From Camelus ferus (Eukaryota), in contig NC_045705.1 in the NCBI RefSeq assembly GCF_009834535.1, forward strand, positions 63,674,001-63,738,000: 64,000 nucleotides of DNA. The letters are read 5' to 3'. The position numbers were made by a program, and so were the translations under genes. The notes under the pieces are model-generated. The model made no database searches. It had not been told where the DNA came from and saw nothing but the letters and a program-made list of their open reading frames with translations. Position 1 is the stretch's first letter. Every line of letters starts with the position of its first letter. This document shows positions 48,101 to 60,127 of this stretch, piece by piece.

Positions 48101-49428
48101 GTAGGGTACGAAGATACTCACTGGCATTACTATCAGCCAGGCTGTTGAGGCTACTAGAAATGTCCCTTCGCCGGAAAAGGCACACAACCTTTGCTTCCAC
48201 ATTTCCATTTGCAGTCTAAGGGGAGAAAAAATGGTGGTGAAAACTATTCATTTGAAAGTGGAAATGAATAAGAAAAAACTAACAACGGTGAACAAATTTC
48301 TAAGGGATGTAAGAAAAACCCAAAAAAGTATGAATAAAAAGATTTACACTTAAGGACAGACTTCCAAATCCCTTTCCTTAGCCCCCAAGAAATAGAACAG
48401 TAAAGTTCCTACTAAGCTCTCAGTAGCCTTTCCTGAATACGTGGAATGAATGAATGAATATGAATGGGTACTCCTATAGGATAGGGTTGGTGTTCTTTCT
48501 CTCTCTCTCTCTCTCTCTCCTTGAAGTTAGAGACCTCCGAAGAAACAGACCACGGGGTGGGGGGGGCAGGACTCTGCTCCACTCACCTTGTTGAGCTCTT
48601 CAATCCTTCTAACCAGGTAAGGATTGCTGGAGGAGTTCTCAAAATAGACGTAATCTGTAGGAGGGGGTGGGGAAGAACCGGGAAGATCAGAGGAGTAGGT
48701 GGGAGAGCCGTGCACCAGGGTAGGAGGAGCGAAAGTAGGCCTGAGAGTGGACCAAAACTAGATAAGGGTCTGGGTAGAGAGGACGCTGAAATGTGGAAGT
48801 GGAGAGAGTAACAGAAATTAAGGGAGAGATGCCCCACCCCCACCCTTAACCACCTAGTTCTAAAATCAGATACTTCACTAAACAGTGAGCCGTAAGAAGG
48901 AGACAAGAAGCAGGGGGATCCCAGGCAGTTCCCTTAACTCAGCGATGAAGTCGCACCCTGGTCTCGGGCAAGAGAGAGGTTGCTCACTCTAGCGCAGGGC
49001 CCCCACCTTTGCGAAATGAGGCGCACAGTAACGCCTGGGGAGAGGAAACCTCCGGCGGCTCCCCCGCAGGTGGCAAAGCGGTCTCCCCGGCCCTTCGCGC
49101 CCACTGCCTGCCCTGTCAGCTCCTTCGGAACCACTTTCCCAAGTCCACTCCCCGACCCCGGCGGCCCCAGATGCAGCCGAGAGTGCCGTCGGGCTGCCCG
49201 AAGCCTCTCCCGGAGTCGGAGCTCGGCCGCGTCGCGGTCCCTGCGCCCCCGCTCCCTGTGCTCCTGGTTCCGGTTCCGGTCCGCGCTCGGGACCACGCCG
49301 CCCCACAGGCGGCTCCCCACGCCGCCCGCTGCAGAGCGTCTCCGGTCCCGGCCCCAACCTCTCCTGCCCCAGGCCCCCAGCCCCTACACCCAGTACTTAC
49401 CCCCCACTCGGTACATGTTGGCCGCCAT
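42153..49428 (-). CDS. MTA2: Metastasis-associated protein 2 (NuRD subunit; BAH-ELM2-SANT-GATA zinc finger), 18 exons, about 666 aa
   Basis: Exons: 49428-49401, 48654-48587, 48215-48122, 46555-46438, 46312-46249, 46063-45946, 45655-45553, 45353-45254, 45097-44909, 44810-44736, 44617-44559, 44387-44290, 44168-44029, 43763-43535, exon 15 hidden in N-run 43235-43366 (90 nt assumed), 42889-42771, 42678-42536, 42318-42153. Translation runs [32 protein letters not shown]...[27 protein letters not shown]...[11 protein letters not shown]. Confidence 0.98.
48495..48520. repeat. (CT)n microsatellite in MTA2 intron 2
   Basis: Direct reading. Confidence 0.85.
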
Positions 49429-51250
49429 GGCCGTTCCCGCCGCCGCCTCCGGCCGCACAAAGGAGTCCGGGAGGCTCGCGGGGGCAGGGCTCCAAGAGAA
49501 GCCCCGAGCGAGGGGCTGGCGCTTCGCCGAAGTCTCGGTCGGGCCCGCTCAGCCGGCACCTCCGCAGCCTCAGCCGTCGCGGTTCATCCCGGCCCGCGCT
49601 GTCGCCGCCGCCTCTACAGCCTCACGCCCGGGACGCAGGGGCCGGCGCCGGTCCGCTCGGCTTCTTCCGGAACGAGCTCGGGTCCCGCCGGACCGGAGCC
49701 AGGCTTCAGCTCCCCCCGCCCTCGTCGAGCCCCACCAGACGTTGGGCTCTGCCGGCAGCCGCGAAAGCTTGCCCTGCCCGCTTCGGCGTTCGCCTCCTTC
49801 CGGTACACCTTCGCCGGATCCGGAGAACAAGGCCCAGCGGTCGGCTCCAGTCGGAGAGCGAGACCCCAAAGTTCGGCTACTTCCGGAAACAGTTCGGCTC
49901 CCTCCGCCCGACAGCTGCCCGGCGCTCGGTTATTTCCGTTGTTGCTCGGCCCCGCCTCTGAGGGCCGGAGGGGAGTTGGGCTTAACTCTCTCCTGGCCCG
50001 AGCCCTGCAGCTCTAGCTGCGGCCCCAAAAGACTCCAAGCGCTTTTGCGCTTCGCAGGGTTATTTGCAAGTGGCTTCACCTGTTATTTGCATGAAAGGTC
50101 TACGCTCCCTCACCCTTTCCGCTTTCCCCTTTTCCTTCATCCCCACCCGTACAGAGCCCCGAGGCGCCCAGCCGCGCGCCCCACAAAAGGACCGGGAGGA
50201 GACTTTGCTTTTGGTTTATTGCCCCTCAGCAGGCAGCGGGAGTCAGGGCCCAGGCTGGGGCTGCCCGGCTCAGCCACCGGGTCTATACAGTGTGTGCAGG
50301 GGTGCCGTTCGCCCCCTCCAGGGAAATGCATTTTCGGGAATGTCTCGAAGTCGAGGACAGAGTCGGCCCCGGTCCTGGGGGATTTGGGTGGGGCGGCGCC
50401 ACGCTGCAAGGCCGGTGGGTCCCGTCGGGTCCCGTTCGGCAGCGGTCANNNNNNNNNNNNNNNNNNNNNNNNNNNNNNNNNNNNNNNNNNNNNNNNNNNN
50501 NNNNNNNNNNNNNNNNNNNNNNNNNNNNNNNNNNNNNNNNNNNNNNNNNNNNNNNNNNNNNNNNNNNNNNNNNNNNNNNNNNNNNNNNNNNNNNNNAACC
50601 GGACGCTGGTCACGTGGCTGCCGTGACCACCGTACACGAGGCTCGGCGCCTGGGCAGGAGGGAAGGTCGAGCTGCAGCAACTGCGGGAGACCCCAGGCCC
50701 CACCACCTGACCCCGGAGGCCCCGGGAGGCCTCACCTTGGCGCGCGCGCACGGGTACTGGAAGAGGTGCACTTTGCAGAAGTCGTCGGCCACAGCCACCA
50801 CGCGCTCGTTGTGAGAGCGGCACAGGGAGTTGATGTCCGTTCCATCCGAGCCATCCGGCCACACACCTACCACAGCGGCTGGCCTCAGCTCGGCCTCCCC
50901 CACTTCCCGCCACCCACCGCCCAGAGCTGCACCACTTCCGGCGCTCAGGCAGCCCAGCCACCCACCCGCTGCGTTCCAGGCAATCTTTCCCAGTCCCCAA
51001 GGCCGGCCTGAAGGGCCTCCTGGGCTGGACCTGCCGGTTTCTTGACGCCCACCCCACTAACACATGCCCAGCATTCCGAGCCCGAGGCGGGCTGCACCTT
51101 GCCCCTCCCAACGGCTCCCGCAGGGTTCCGAGGCCCTGCTCACCGTAGACGTGGAAGCCTAGCACGCAGGTGTACGTAGCCCACTCCCGGTCTCGGCTCT
51201 CATAGCGATTCCTCAGCAGCTTACAGCCTCCAGCCACGTCCCCTGGGGAG
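48950..51250. promoter_or_regulatory. MTA2: CpG island covering the MTA2 promoter/exon 1 and EML3 exons 20-22
   Basis: Dense CpG; repeated ETS cores CTTCCGG near 49664, 49797 and 49880. Confidence 0.8.
50215..50220 (-). terminator. EML3: EML3 poly(A) signal AATAAA
   Basis: TTTATT on the plus strand about 225 nt after the EML3 stop. Confidence 0.75.
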
Positions 51251-54200
51251 AGGGAGCCCACCCAGCTCAGCTCTCACCCTGCCCTCAGTCGGGAAGATGC
51301 CAAGTTGGAAGAACTGGCTTGAGACAGTAGCATGTGATCTCATCACCATGGTAGTCCTCAGCCCAGGGAAAAACCTAGCCCCATGTACTCAGCAGAAGTT
51401 CTCCTAACAGTTTCTCATCAGTGCCTCCTTCCTAGATTAGCCAGTCCCTCCACACCTGTCCTGAGAAACTTTTCCAAAACAATCTTCTCAGTGCATTTTT
51501 CAACTCCCCCAAGGCCTTGTGGGAACAAGACATAGTGTAAAACTGTGTGGGTTTTTTTGTCCAAATGACAAAATTTCTCCTGTGTAGAATTCTGACTCCA
51601 CTTCAACTCATCTCTACCTCCCTCTCTGACAGCACCTCCCCCTGAAGCTCCCCCACATCTTCTCCTTCACCCCTCCTAACCAGGGAACACACACACACAA
51701 ATAAAACCCACCCCAGTTACCCTCTCCCCTCTCCTACTGTCACTCACAATAAAGGATCTCATAGTCCCCAGAATTGGACATGATGAAGTTCCCATCCTTG
51801 GACCAGTCAAGGTGCGTGATGAAGCTGGAGTGACCCTGGGAGCAAGGGTCAAGAGACTAAAAATGTAGCCACCATTTCCCATCCCCTGACCCTCCTAAAG
51901 TGCATTAGTTTACCTGCTATGGCAATGCCCCACCCTCCACCCCAGCTTCCTCACCACACAGCGGCCAAAGCGGCTGGACTTGGCACCATCACTGGAAACA
52001 CTATAGATGTAGATCATGTTGTCATGGGAACCGATGGCCAGGTACAACCCATCTACAAAGACAGTCACTCAGAGAGGGAAGGGCCAGGGACAAGGCTAGG
52101 TCCAGGGTAGGGGTGGCTCCCACCTGGGCTGTATCGGACCACTGAGAGCTGCTCATTGCCATCAGTGATGTCGGACACGATCTCTCTGGTCTCTGTGTCC
52201 AAAACCAGCCACCTGGAAGGGGGGTGGGTGGTGGAAAGCAGGTGTAAGGACACCTGTCCTGAGCAGGGTGGGGGCTGGCAATGCAGAGACACCCACAGAA
52301 AGGCTATCACGTAGACAGAGAGGTTGCCATTGCATTCTGCCAGGAAATGGGAAGGGGCTAAGAGCAGATAAAAGCTGAGGGCTCCTGACGCTGTCTGAAA
52401 AGGAGTAGAGGGACCCAACTACAAGGGCCTTGTGGAGCCTGTGAGCTTGTCACTTCCCTGTGTTAGTCTCCCCTTTGCTCCTCCCATCCCCATTGTGTTT
52501 CTCTCCCAAACTGCCTCCTCCTCCACTCCCAGGCTTGGAAGGGAGAGTGGATGGGGGAGGGTGTGATGACAGTTGCCACAGGAGAGCAGGGGAGACCCGA
52601 GCTGCAGGGAAAGCACTGAGAAGTGGAAGGTGCAGGTGGGGCTCCTGAGCAGGCAGCGATCACACTCCTCCACCCGCCCCCACCATCACCAGAATCCCTT
52701 CCCATACCTTCTGCTTTCCCCTCCCAGGAGTCCTGGCTCCCTCTCACCTCCCCGTGTTCAGTCCTACGGCCACAACTGCCCCACTGGGGTGGAAGTCAGC
52801 ACAGAGACCAGTCTCCTGGGAGGGGGGAGAAGGTGAATTCAAGAAGATGCCTTTCTAGTGAGAGAACCAATATGGATACCTTGTCATCTTGGTAACAACG
52901 GCAGAGCCTCCTCCTCCCAAGGAGGAGAGAGACAGAAGACCTGGGATGGAGGTAGGGTGTCACTGGAGCCTACACAGAGGTGCTACTCAAAATACTTAAC
53001 AACCAGAACTGACACCTCCAGCTGTGCCAGAGATCAACCATTAGTTGCTGGATCCAGGGGAGGTCTGAGGGTTGTGGGGAGGGCAGTGCTCAGGGGGCAC
53101 TAGAGGCATCACTGTACAGAAGAATGAGTATTTCAGCAGCCAGTGCAGCCACGCCAGTACAAACTGGCTGCCTCTGGGAGCAGAAGGGAAGGGGATGTTG
53201 GGGAAGGAGTGGCGGCCACAGGAGTCACAGTGGATGTGACGTTGAGGGTCCAGGGACACAGAGCTCTACCTTGAGGTCAATGCTCCAGGCCAGTGCATGG
53301 CCCTCCCCATCCCATAGGCAGAGCTGCCGGTCATGGCCACAGGTGAGGAAACGGTTCTGGAAGGGATGTGTGCAGAGCCCCCAGAGCTCATCCGTGTGAC
53401 CCTGCAGCAGAGCATGGACTGTCACCTCTGCCCCTCCCCAACCTCCCTTCCCCTCCTGTTCCCCCGCAGCCCTTGCCTCTCCCTCCAACCTGGATTACAG
53501 GGGAGAAGCCCTGGGCCAGATCTCCCCTCAGCAATGCATTCTTCGTGGTTCCCACCAGCAGCTCAGAGCCAGGTCCCTCTGCGATGGCCCGCACGGCCCC
53601 AAAGTGTTCGGGAATCTGAGGAGTGGTGGCAGAAAGTCAGGGGCCCAGGGACCATTCCTCTTCCGTTCCCCCTCCTTCCCTTGGGCCCCACCCAGCCCTC
53701 ACCTCAGCCTCCTGGAGGGCCACCAGCCCTGGCCCCCACTGGACCAGCCGGCGGTCCCGCCCACCACCACTCAGCACAGTCCCGTCCCGCCGGAGACACA
53801 GGGCGAAGATGGAACCTTCGTGAGCATGGGCCTGGGCCACAATCCCGTAGGTCTCTGTTGGCAAAGCCTTGGGTGGGTCATGCTTTTGGGATGCAGGGAA
53901 GTAGGGAACAGGAACAGCCTAGGCTGTCATAATAGAGTCATAACCCCCAGCTGTTGAGTGCCCACTTAATTCTGTCTCTGACTCTCAGCTCTTTTTCTTT
54001 CCAGTTTACAGACTGGACAACCAAGACTTAAAGATGTGAGATAACTTCCTAAAGGCCAGACAACTAGAGGCAACACTGGGATTTGAACCCAGGATCTGGC
54101 AGACTCCAAAGCCCTTGCCCTTTCCCTTTGCTGAGCTACCCCCTACCCTTCTAGACTGGACCCCCAGAGGACCCCACCCTCCAATAGAGCACTATCATCT

Positions 54201-57200
54201 CTCAAGGTAAAAAGATGGGAAATCCTCTCCTCTGTTTCCACAGACCCTCTGGAGAACTAGCCTTCCCAGATGCCATACCCAGCCACATACCTTTGGCCCC
54301 GCCCCGGCCTGGGGTCCTGGAATCTGAGAGGCTCCGCCCCCAGGTGAGAATGTTCCCCTCAGAGTCCCCAGTGAGAATATCTCCATCCAGGAGGAACACA
54401 AAGCAGGGAATAAACTTGGGTTTCTTGTATTTCTAGGGGGCGAGGTGAGCAGAGAGCAGAAGTCAAAGGGTAGGGTGAAGACTAAAAGTCCAGGGACTTT
54501 TAGTTGGGAGTTGGGTCGCATTAGGGTCTGTGGTCCTCAGACCAATACTTCCATGTGCACTCTGCCCACGCGCACCACCCTGCACCCATCCATGCCTCAC
54601 CCCAAAGACACCCTGCTTCCTGGTGAGGGTCCCACTCCCAGGAAGCCCTGCTCCGCCACTCCAGGTCCAGAAGTGGACGTGGGACTTCCCGCTGGTGACG
54701 ATGCAGCTGCTGTCCCGAGGGCTGAAGCCAACGGCCAGGACGGAGTCATTCGTGCTCTAAAAGGAGGATACTAGATTCAGCCACCCTGAGCCCTGCACAC
54801 CTTCATTCTACCTGCCTCTCTTCAACTGGCATCCTGACAAATGGTTGGCGGAAGTCCAGAAACCCCAAGACAACACTTTCCAAGGCCCCAGTCCCCTAGA
54901 AGCGCCACTCCCAGTCACTCATGATTAATCACTCGTGCCTGACATGCTTTCTCTCCCAAAGTCAGAACTTCTGCCATCCCCACTTCACAGCCTCAGAGAG
55001 GCCAGGAGGCTTGCTCTGGGGGACTCAGCCAGAAAGGAAGTCCTTACGGGGAACCAGGAGCTCTCAGCACACTCTACTCCCAGCTCCCCATCCTCAGTGC
55101 CCTCCAGGCCACCAGGTAGCCTCACCTTGATCTCAGCCAGCTTCGTGCCCCGGCTGCAGTCCCACACTGACAGCATGTGCTCATTGGAATCATCCACCAC
55201 ACAGAGGAAAGCACCCTGATCCTGAGGAGAGAGGACACATCAGAGGGACTGAGTTGGGGCTGGAGGCCACAGGGTTCACGGTCTGAATCAGGCAAGGGGC
55301 GCCATGACAGGCCAGACTGAGGGAGGAGAGGTGGCCACATGTCTCTTAGGAGAACCGGCCAGGCAGGGCTCAGGAGGACCAGAACCTCTGAGGCTTCCTG
55401 GTGAAGGGCAACAAGGGGGTTCCCAGACAAGGAAGATGGGGGCCTCAAGGCTCTGGGGCCAGCTCACCGCAACTGAGAAGGCCAGGGCCCCTACACCCCG
55501 TTCGAAGGCCCCCAGTCCGATCTCTTGCAGCTTCAGCAGCGTCTCTGAGTCCCAAACGTGAACCACAGGCTGCAGGGGCTGGTGGAGGAGAAGGGGTCAG
55601 GGGTGTGAGGGAAAGCTGGGCTGGGAAGTTGTCCTGTCTTCCTGGTGTTTGCCTGGGGCCTTACCTTTCCATCCTTATCCACTCCAGCTGTCTGTCCTGA
55701 GGCTACACGCACACCATCAGGGTGAACAGCCAGGCTAAGTAGGGGAGGAGACACTCTAGGGAAGGGGGTCAGTCACTCAAGACCACCCGGAACACCTTCT
55801 CTACGCTTGCAGAGCAGCAAGGCCACTCTCCTCTCCTGCTCCTCCACACCCCTCCGGACCCTCTCCCTGTCAGGCCCACCATCCCCATGCCTTGAGCTGC
55901 CGGCTCCCAAGCCCCAGGACCCTCACCATCNNNNNNNNNNNNNNNNNNNNNNNNNNNNNNNNNNNNNNNNNNNNNNNNNNNNNNNNNNNNNNNNNNNNNN
56001 NNNNNNNNNNNNNNNNNNNNNNNNNNNNNNNNNNNNNNNNNNNNNNNNNNNNNNNNNNNNNNNNNNNNNNNNNNNNNNNNNNNNNNNNNNNNNNNNNNNN
56101 NNNNNNNNNNCGTGGTCAAGGAAAGGGTCAGATCAAGGGCAGGATGAGGAAAAAGGGAGGACAGAGCCTCTGGCTGGCAGCACCAATGTCCTAGGAGGTT
56201 AGAGAAGGATTCAGGGGCTCCGTCTCCTTGCAGACCCAGGAGAAAACCATAAAGAAGTGGGGGAGGGAGGTCCCAAGACGGGAAAGGTGGTTCCCATGGG
56301 ACTGGAGGGGGCAGGATACACCCAGTCAAGGCTGAGGGTCTCCGGGGGTGGGCCGCTGGGCAGCTCCTCAAGGCTGCGGATGCCAGACGGGATGTACATG
56401 GTAATGGGGCGACCACGAAGGAACATCTTCACTGAGATGCCTTCTACAGAGAAAAGGAGGGGGTGTCAACCACCACCCTGGAGCTTCCCTTCCAGGGAAG
56501 CCAGAGCAGAACTCGACCCACCACACCTCATGAGTCCCCCCAAATAGCTCCTGGGACTGTAGCCCAAATCCTAACCCCATCGTCCAAGTTCTCCCAGCTC
56601 CCTCTGTAACATACCTAAATTGTAATTGCTCCTCCGAGATCCAGGACCCCCAGGGCTGGAGAGGGGGTCTTTTCCCCCGCGGCTGCTGGGAAGAGAGAAA
56701 AGCACAGGGACCGAGGTCAGGTCCCAAGACGTAAGCGGGGAGGGGGGAGGGGCAGGACACAGGGAAGGAGACTACTCTAGAGATCACAGTCACCCCTGCA
56801 GGCTTTCAGTTTGCATCGTGAGCAATCAGGGCTCGAAAGTAGATGGGGACTTTGAGCTCCATTTAAGAGATAAGAAGACTGAGTGAGGCCTAAGGAGCTG
56901 CGTGCACAGTACAAAAGCCTGTAAGAGGCAGTGTGGAGTGACGCTTTCCTCTAGACTACCAGGACTCTGGCTAGCAACCTTTCCATTTCCCCATCTGTAA
57001 AATGGGACCTAAGTGAATTCAGAACACACATCAGCCCTGCCTTTCAGAAATCTGAGAGGGAAGCAAGAAAGTCCTTGTCTCTCAAGAGGAAGGTGACAAG
57101 TGAATTCCAGAGATGACTGTCACTAGATGGTAATAAGGTGACAATCTCTCTTCAGAGAACAAAGGAGAGGCCGAGAATAGGGCAAGAAGGAACATTCAGG

Positions 57201-59304
57201 TGTCCTGGGGCCTGTACACACTAAGAGACAACTGGTCTGGGCCACTAGGATTCCCCCTTGCTCTCTAGAAGTCAACTCTGGTAGATTGGGGTGAGAGAAG
57301 AGGGCTGAAACTCTGAGGTCAGTCATCCAGAAAAATCATGGGAGCTTCTGGAAAAGTTTCCTGGAATCTTGTAAGGTATGCTGATATGGTGGAAAAGGGC
57401 AGGGGGATTGGAGTCAGGAAGAGTAGGGTGGGAATCCTGACTCTAGCTGTGTGACCCCAGGCAAGTGACTTACCCTCTCTGAGCCTGCTTCCTCACCTGG
57501 ACAATGAACAGCATGAGACCACCTACCCCCCAAGGATGTCACGGGGACTGAATGAGATGGAGGAGGTCGAGGGTTTAGCACAGTGCCGGGTACAAAACAG
57601 GCGCCCCAGGAGTGCTTGTTCCTTTCTTTCTGTTGGGCAATGAGGTCCCCCCACCCCACCCAGGGAAGTGAAGTGAGGGATGCGGAAAGTCAAGAGCCTG
57701 AGCCTGGGGCGGCGGGGCGAGTTGGTGGGGGAGCCTCGCCCACCTCTCTGTGCTCCCTGACCGCAATAACAGGTTGGCCGAGGAAGCTGCCTTCCGGGAG
57801 AGTTTCTGTCGAGGCCGCTCTGAGGGGGATGAGGAGGAAGAATTTCTCCGTGGCCTGTTAGGAGTACAGTGAGCAGGTGAAAGTCATTCCCTTTAAACGT
57901 GCTCCTCAATCCTCCCTCCCCTTCCAGTCTCTGCCACAGGACGCTTACGTGTCAGTGCGCTGTGGGGGCTGCACCAGCCTGAGGATCCCCGGGGGGCCGG
58001 GGGAGCCAGTGCCACTGCTGCTGCTGCCCCCTCCTTCAGACTGGGTCCCACTAGGCTCTTCACTGCCCCCCCGAGGGGCTGGGGGCCCATTGCTCAGGCC
58101 GGGGGGTCCAAGGGATGGCTCCATCTCCACCTCTGTCTCCGTCTGGGTGCCTCGGCTCACCAGGGAGGGGCTGCATGTTGGTGGCAGTCCTGGGGGGGCT
58201 GCAGGGCTGCTGGGGAGACAGTGCATCAATCTGATGCCCCAAGAGGCCCTGACAAGGAGTAGGAAGGGGGTGTGACAACATGCATACCTGTCCCTAGTAG
58301 GGGTTGGTGTACCAAGGTCCTGCAGGGAGGTGGGGGGCACCTGCAGCCGCAGCAGGCGAAGGGCTTCGGCCAAGGCTGCCTTTACCAGCTCCATCTCCTT
58401 CTCCTGCACCTGAAGGCGTCGGCTCAAGGATTGCAGGGCCTCCTGAGCAGGACCCTCACCTGGCAAGGGGGCAAGAAGCACTCAGAATGTACCCACTACC
58501 TGGGGAAAGGGTTGAGGGGATTCTGATTTCCCTCAACTTTTCATCTGTCCAGTAGGACTGCCTCCTTCAAGCAGCCCCAGGCTTGGAAGCTCTCCCAGAG
58601 GGGAGGAGACCGGTGGTGGAGGATCAAGGGCCTCCTTCTGGCAGGGCAGGCGAGGAACCTGGCAGAGCTCCCTCCCTGCTGCCGTCCCAGCCTCCGCAAA
58701 GACAGGGAGTACCATGGAGTACCAAGGGGAAAATATGGAGTACTGCCGAGGAACGTGGGAACCACAGACGGAGTTGCAGTACTGGTGAGGGATGACAGGG
58801 CCCAGCCCAGAGACAAGCTCAGGTCTCCAGGGAAGGCAGAGAAACTGAGAAGGGGCACCAGGAGAGAAGGGGGCCACAAGAGTACAGTCACCCTGAGGAC
58901 TCAGAGGAGAAGAGATCGAGAGTGACAGGAGAGGGTATCAGTGGAGAGCAGAATCATAGTGAAGGTCCCAGGGTAACAGTGGGGGTCAGAAGTAAAAAGA
59001 CCCAAAATACCAGGAAAAGAGGCCCAGAGTAACACTGGAGGCAGAGCAACTTCGAGGGGCCCAGAGTAACATAGGGGGTAGGATGACGTCGGGCAAGTTC
59101 GAAATGATAGCAGGAGGACCCAAGTAACTAGGGAGAGCGACCGGAGGAACAGTGGAGGATGCTCAGAGCCCCCGGGCCCGAGGAGCACGCGGGGACGCTC
59201 CAGACAACCGTCGGGCAATGGCAGCGCCCGACCGGCCGGCGCTCCGGGAAGGGGCACGCCGCCCGCCCTGCCCCGTACTCACCGGGCCCCCCGGCCCCGT
59301 CCAT
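50446..59304 (-). CDS. EML3: Echinoderm microtubule-associated protein-like 3 (coiled coil, HELP, WD40 TAPE domain), 22 exons, about 895 aa
   Basis: Exons: 59304-59283, 58459-58288, 58206(or 58209)-57949, 57854-57744, 56682(or 56685)-56615, 56443-56320, about 56097-55927 (mostly N), 55734-55665, 55578-55468, 55221-55126, 54756-54601, 54432-54291, 53854-53703, 53615-53490, 53401-53270, 52815-52748, 52212-52124, 52052-51955, 51835-51748, 51242-51144, 50866-50736, 50649-50446; sum 2688 nt. Translation includes MDGAGGPG, EMELVKAALAEALRLL, KMFLRGRPITMYIP, GHTDELWGL, GHSSFITHLDWS and WPDGSDGTDINSL. Confidence 0.97.
53915..54120 (-). mobile_element. MIR in EML3 intron 12
   Basis: CCAGTTTACAGA...GGGATTTGAACCCAGGATCTGGCAGACTCCAAAGCCC. 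Confidence 0.75.
56098..56319 (-). other. EML3: U12-type (minor spliceosome) GT-AG intron, EML3 intron 6
   Basis: 5' splice site GTATCCTG (56319-56312) and branch point TTCCTTGAC (56123-56115); the 3' AG is hidden in the N-run. Confidence 0.8.
57378..57620 (+). mobile_element. Near full-length MIR in EML3 intron 4
   Basis: AATCCTGACTCTAGCTGTGTGACCCCAGGCAAGTGACTTACCCTCTCTGAGCCTGCTTCCTCACC...TTTAGCACAGTGCCGGGTAC. Confidence 0.85.
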
Positions 59305-59960
59305 CCGGCCCCCGGCTTGCTCCGAGCGGCGGCGGCGGAGGAGGCGTCTAAGCCGCGGGGGCCATGGCCAGGGAGAGGGGAAGGGGAAGCACCCCGGGGC
59401 GCGCGCGCAGGGGTGCCGTGCCACCCCCCGGGGGCGCTGTCGGGCGCGGGGAAAGGGCCTGGAGGGGGCGCTGTGGGGCGGGGGCCCCAGGCTCCAGGGC
59501 CCGCCGGGGCCTTGGACTCTCCCGGGACCGTTCTCGGCTCCCGGGGGTGGGGTGGCGGGGCCGTCCCGGGCCCCAGCGCCGCAGCACAAACAGGCGCCGG
59601 ACGCGGAGCCGCCAGGAAGCGCGGGAGGGGGGGCGGGACGAGGGGGGGCCGGGCCGCCTGGTAACCCCTCCCTGTCCGGGTCTCGCGGCTCAGTACGGGG
59701 GCGGGGCCAACCCTCTGACCCCCTGGCCCACTCTGGCCTCCGCCCTCTGGGCCCTTCCGGGATCCTGACCCTCGGACTCCCTGGGGACCTGGGAAGGAGC
59801 GCAGGCCCTAAGGTCTCCGCCCCCAGTCTTTCTGGGCACAACCCGCCAGCCCCTCCCCACTTCCGCGAGGGGGCAGGGGCGGGGTCACGAAATAGGCCCT
59901 TCGCCCGGGGGCGGGGCTTTTCCTAAGGGGCAAAGCCAAGGTATCCCGAATTGCGACTGG
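59150..59960. promoter_or_regulatory. Shared bidirectional CpG-island promoter of EML3 (minus) and ROM1 (plus)
   Basis: The two ATGs are 824 bp apart head-to-head; GGGGCGGGAC/GGGGCGGGGC boxes near 59630, 59697, 59877 and 59908. Confidence 0.75.
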
Positions 59961-60127
59961 TAGGGGACAGGACGTCGGGTTATTAAGGCTGGGGGCGGGA
60001 GGATGCCCAGGGTATTGGGGTCAGGGTGGCATTAGCCCAGCTCAAGCCGGGCTGGGCTGACGCAGCATCCTGCCTCGGCCAACCCCTGTCCCTGACAGCT
60101 CTTCTCTCCCTTGGGCAGAGATGGGAG

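Noticed and set aside
48980-50626. 548-aa plus-strand ORF across the MTA2 5' end and EML3 3' end
   Set aside because: Starts at TTG, runs through an N-run, lies in an extremely GC-rich island where stops are rare, is antisense to two real genes and has low-complexity P/R/A/S composition.
53040-53173. Strong-looking acceptor in EML3 intron 15
   Set aside because: No credible downstream donor found.
60026-60127. N-terminal extension of ROM1 suggested by the ORF track (MALAQLKPG...)
   Set aside because: The track start is a GTG; the recognisable protein begins at the strong-context ATG at 60128.
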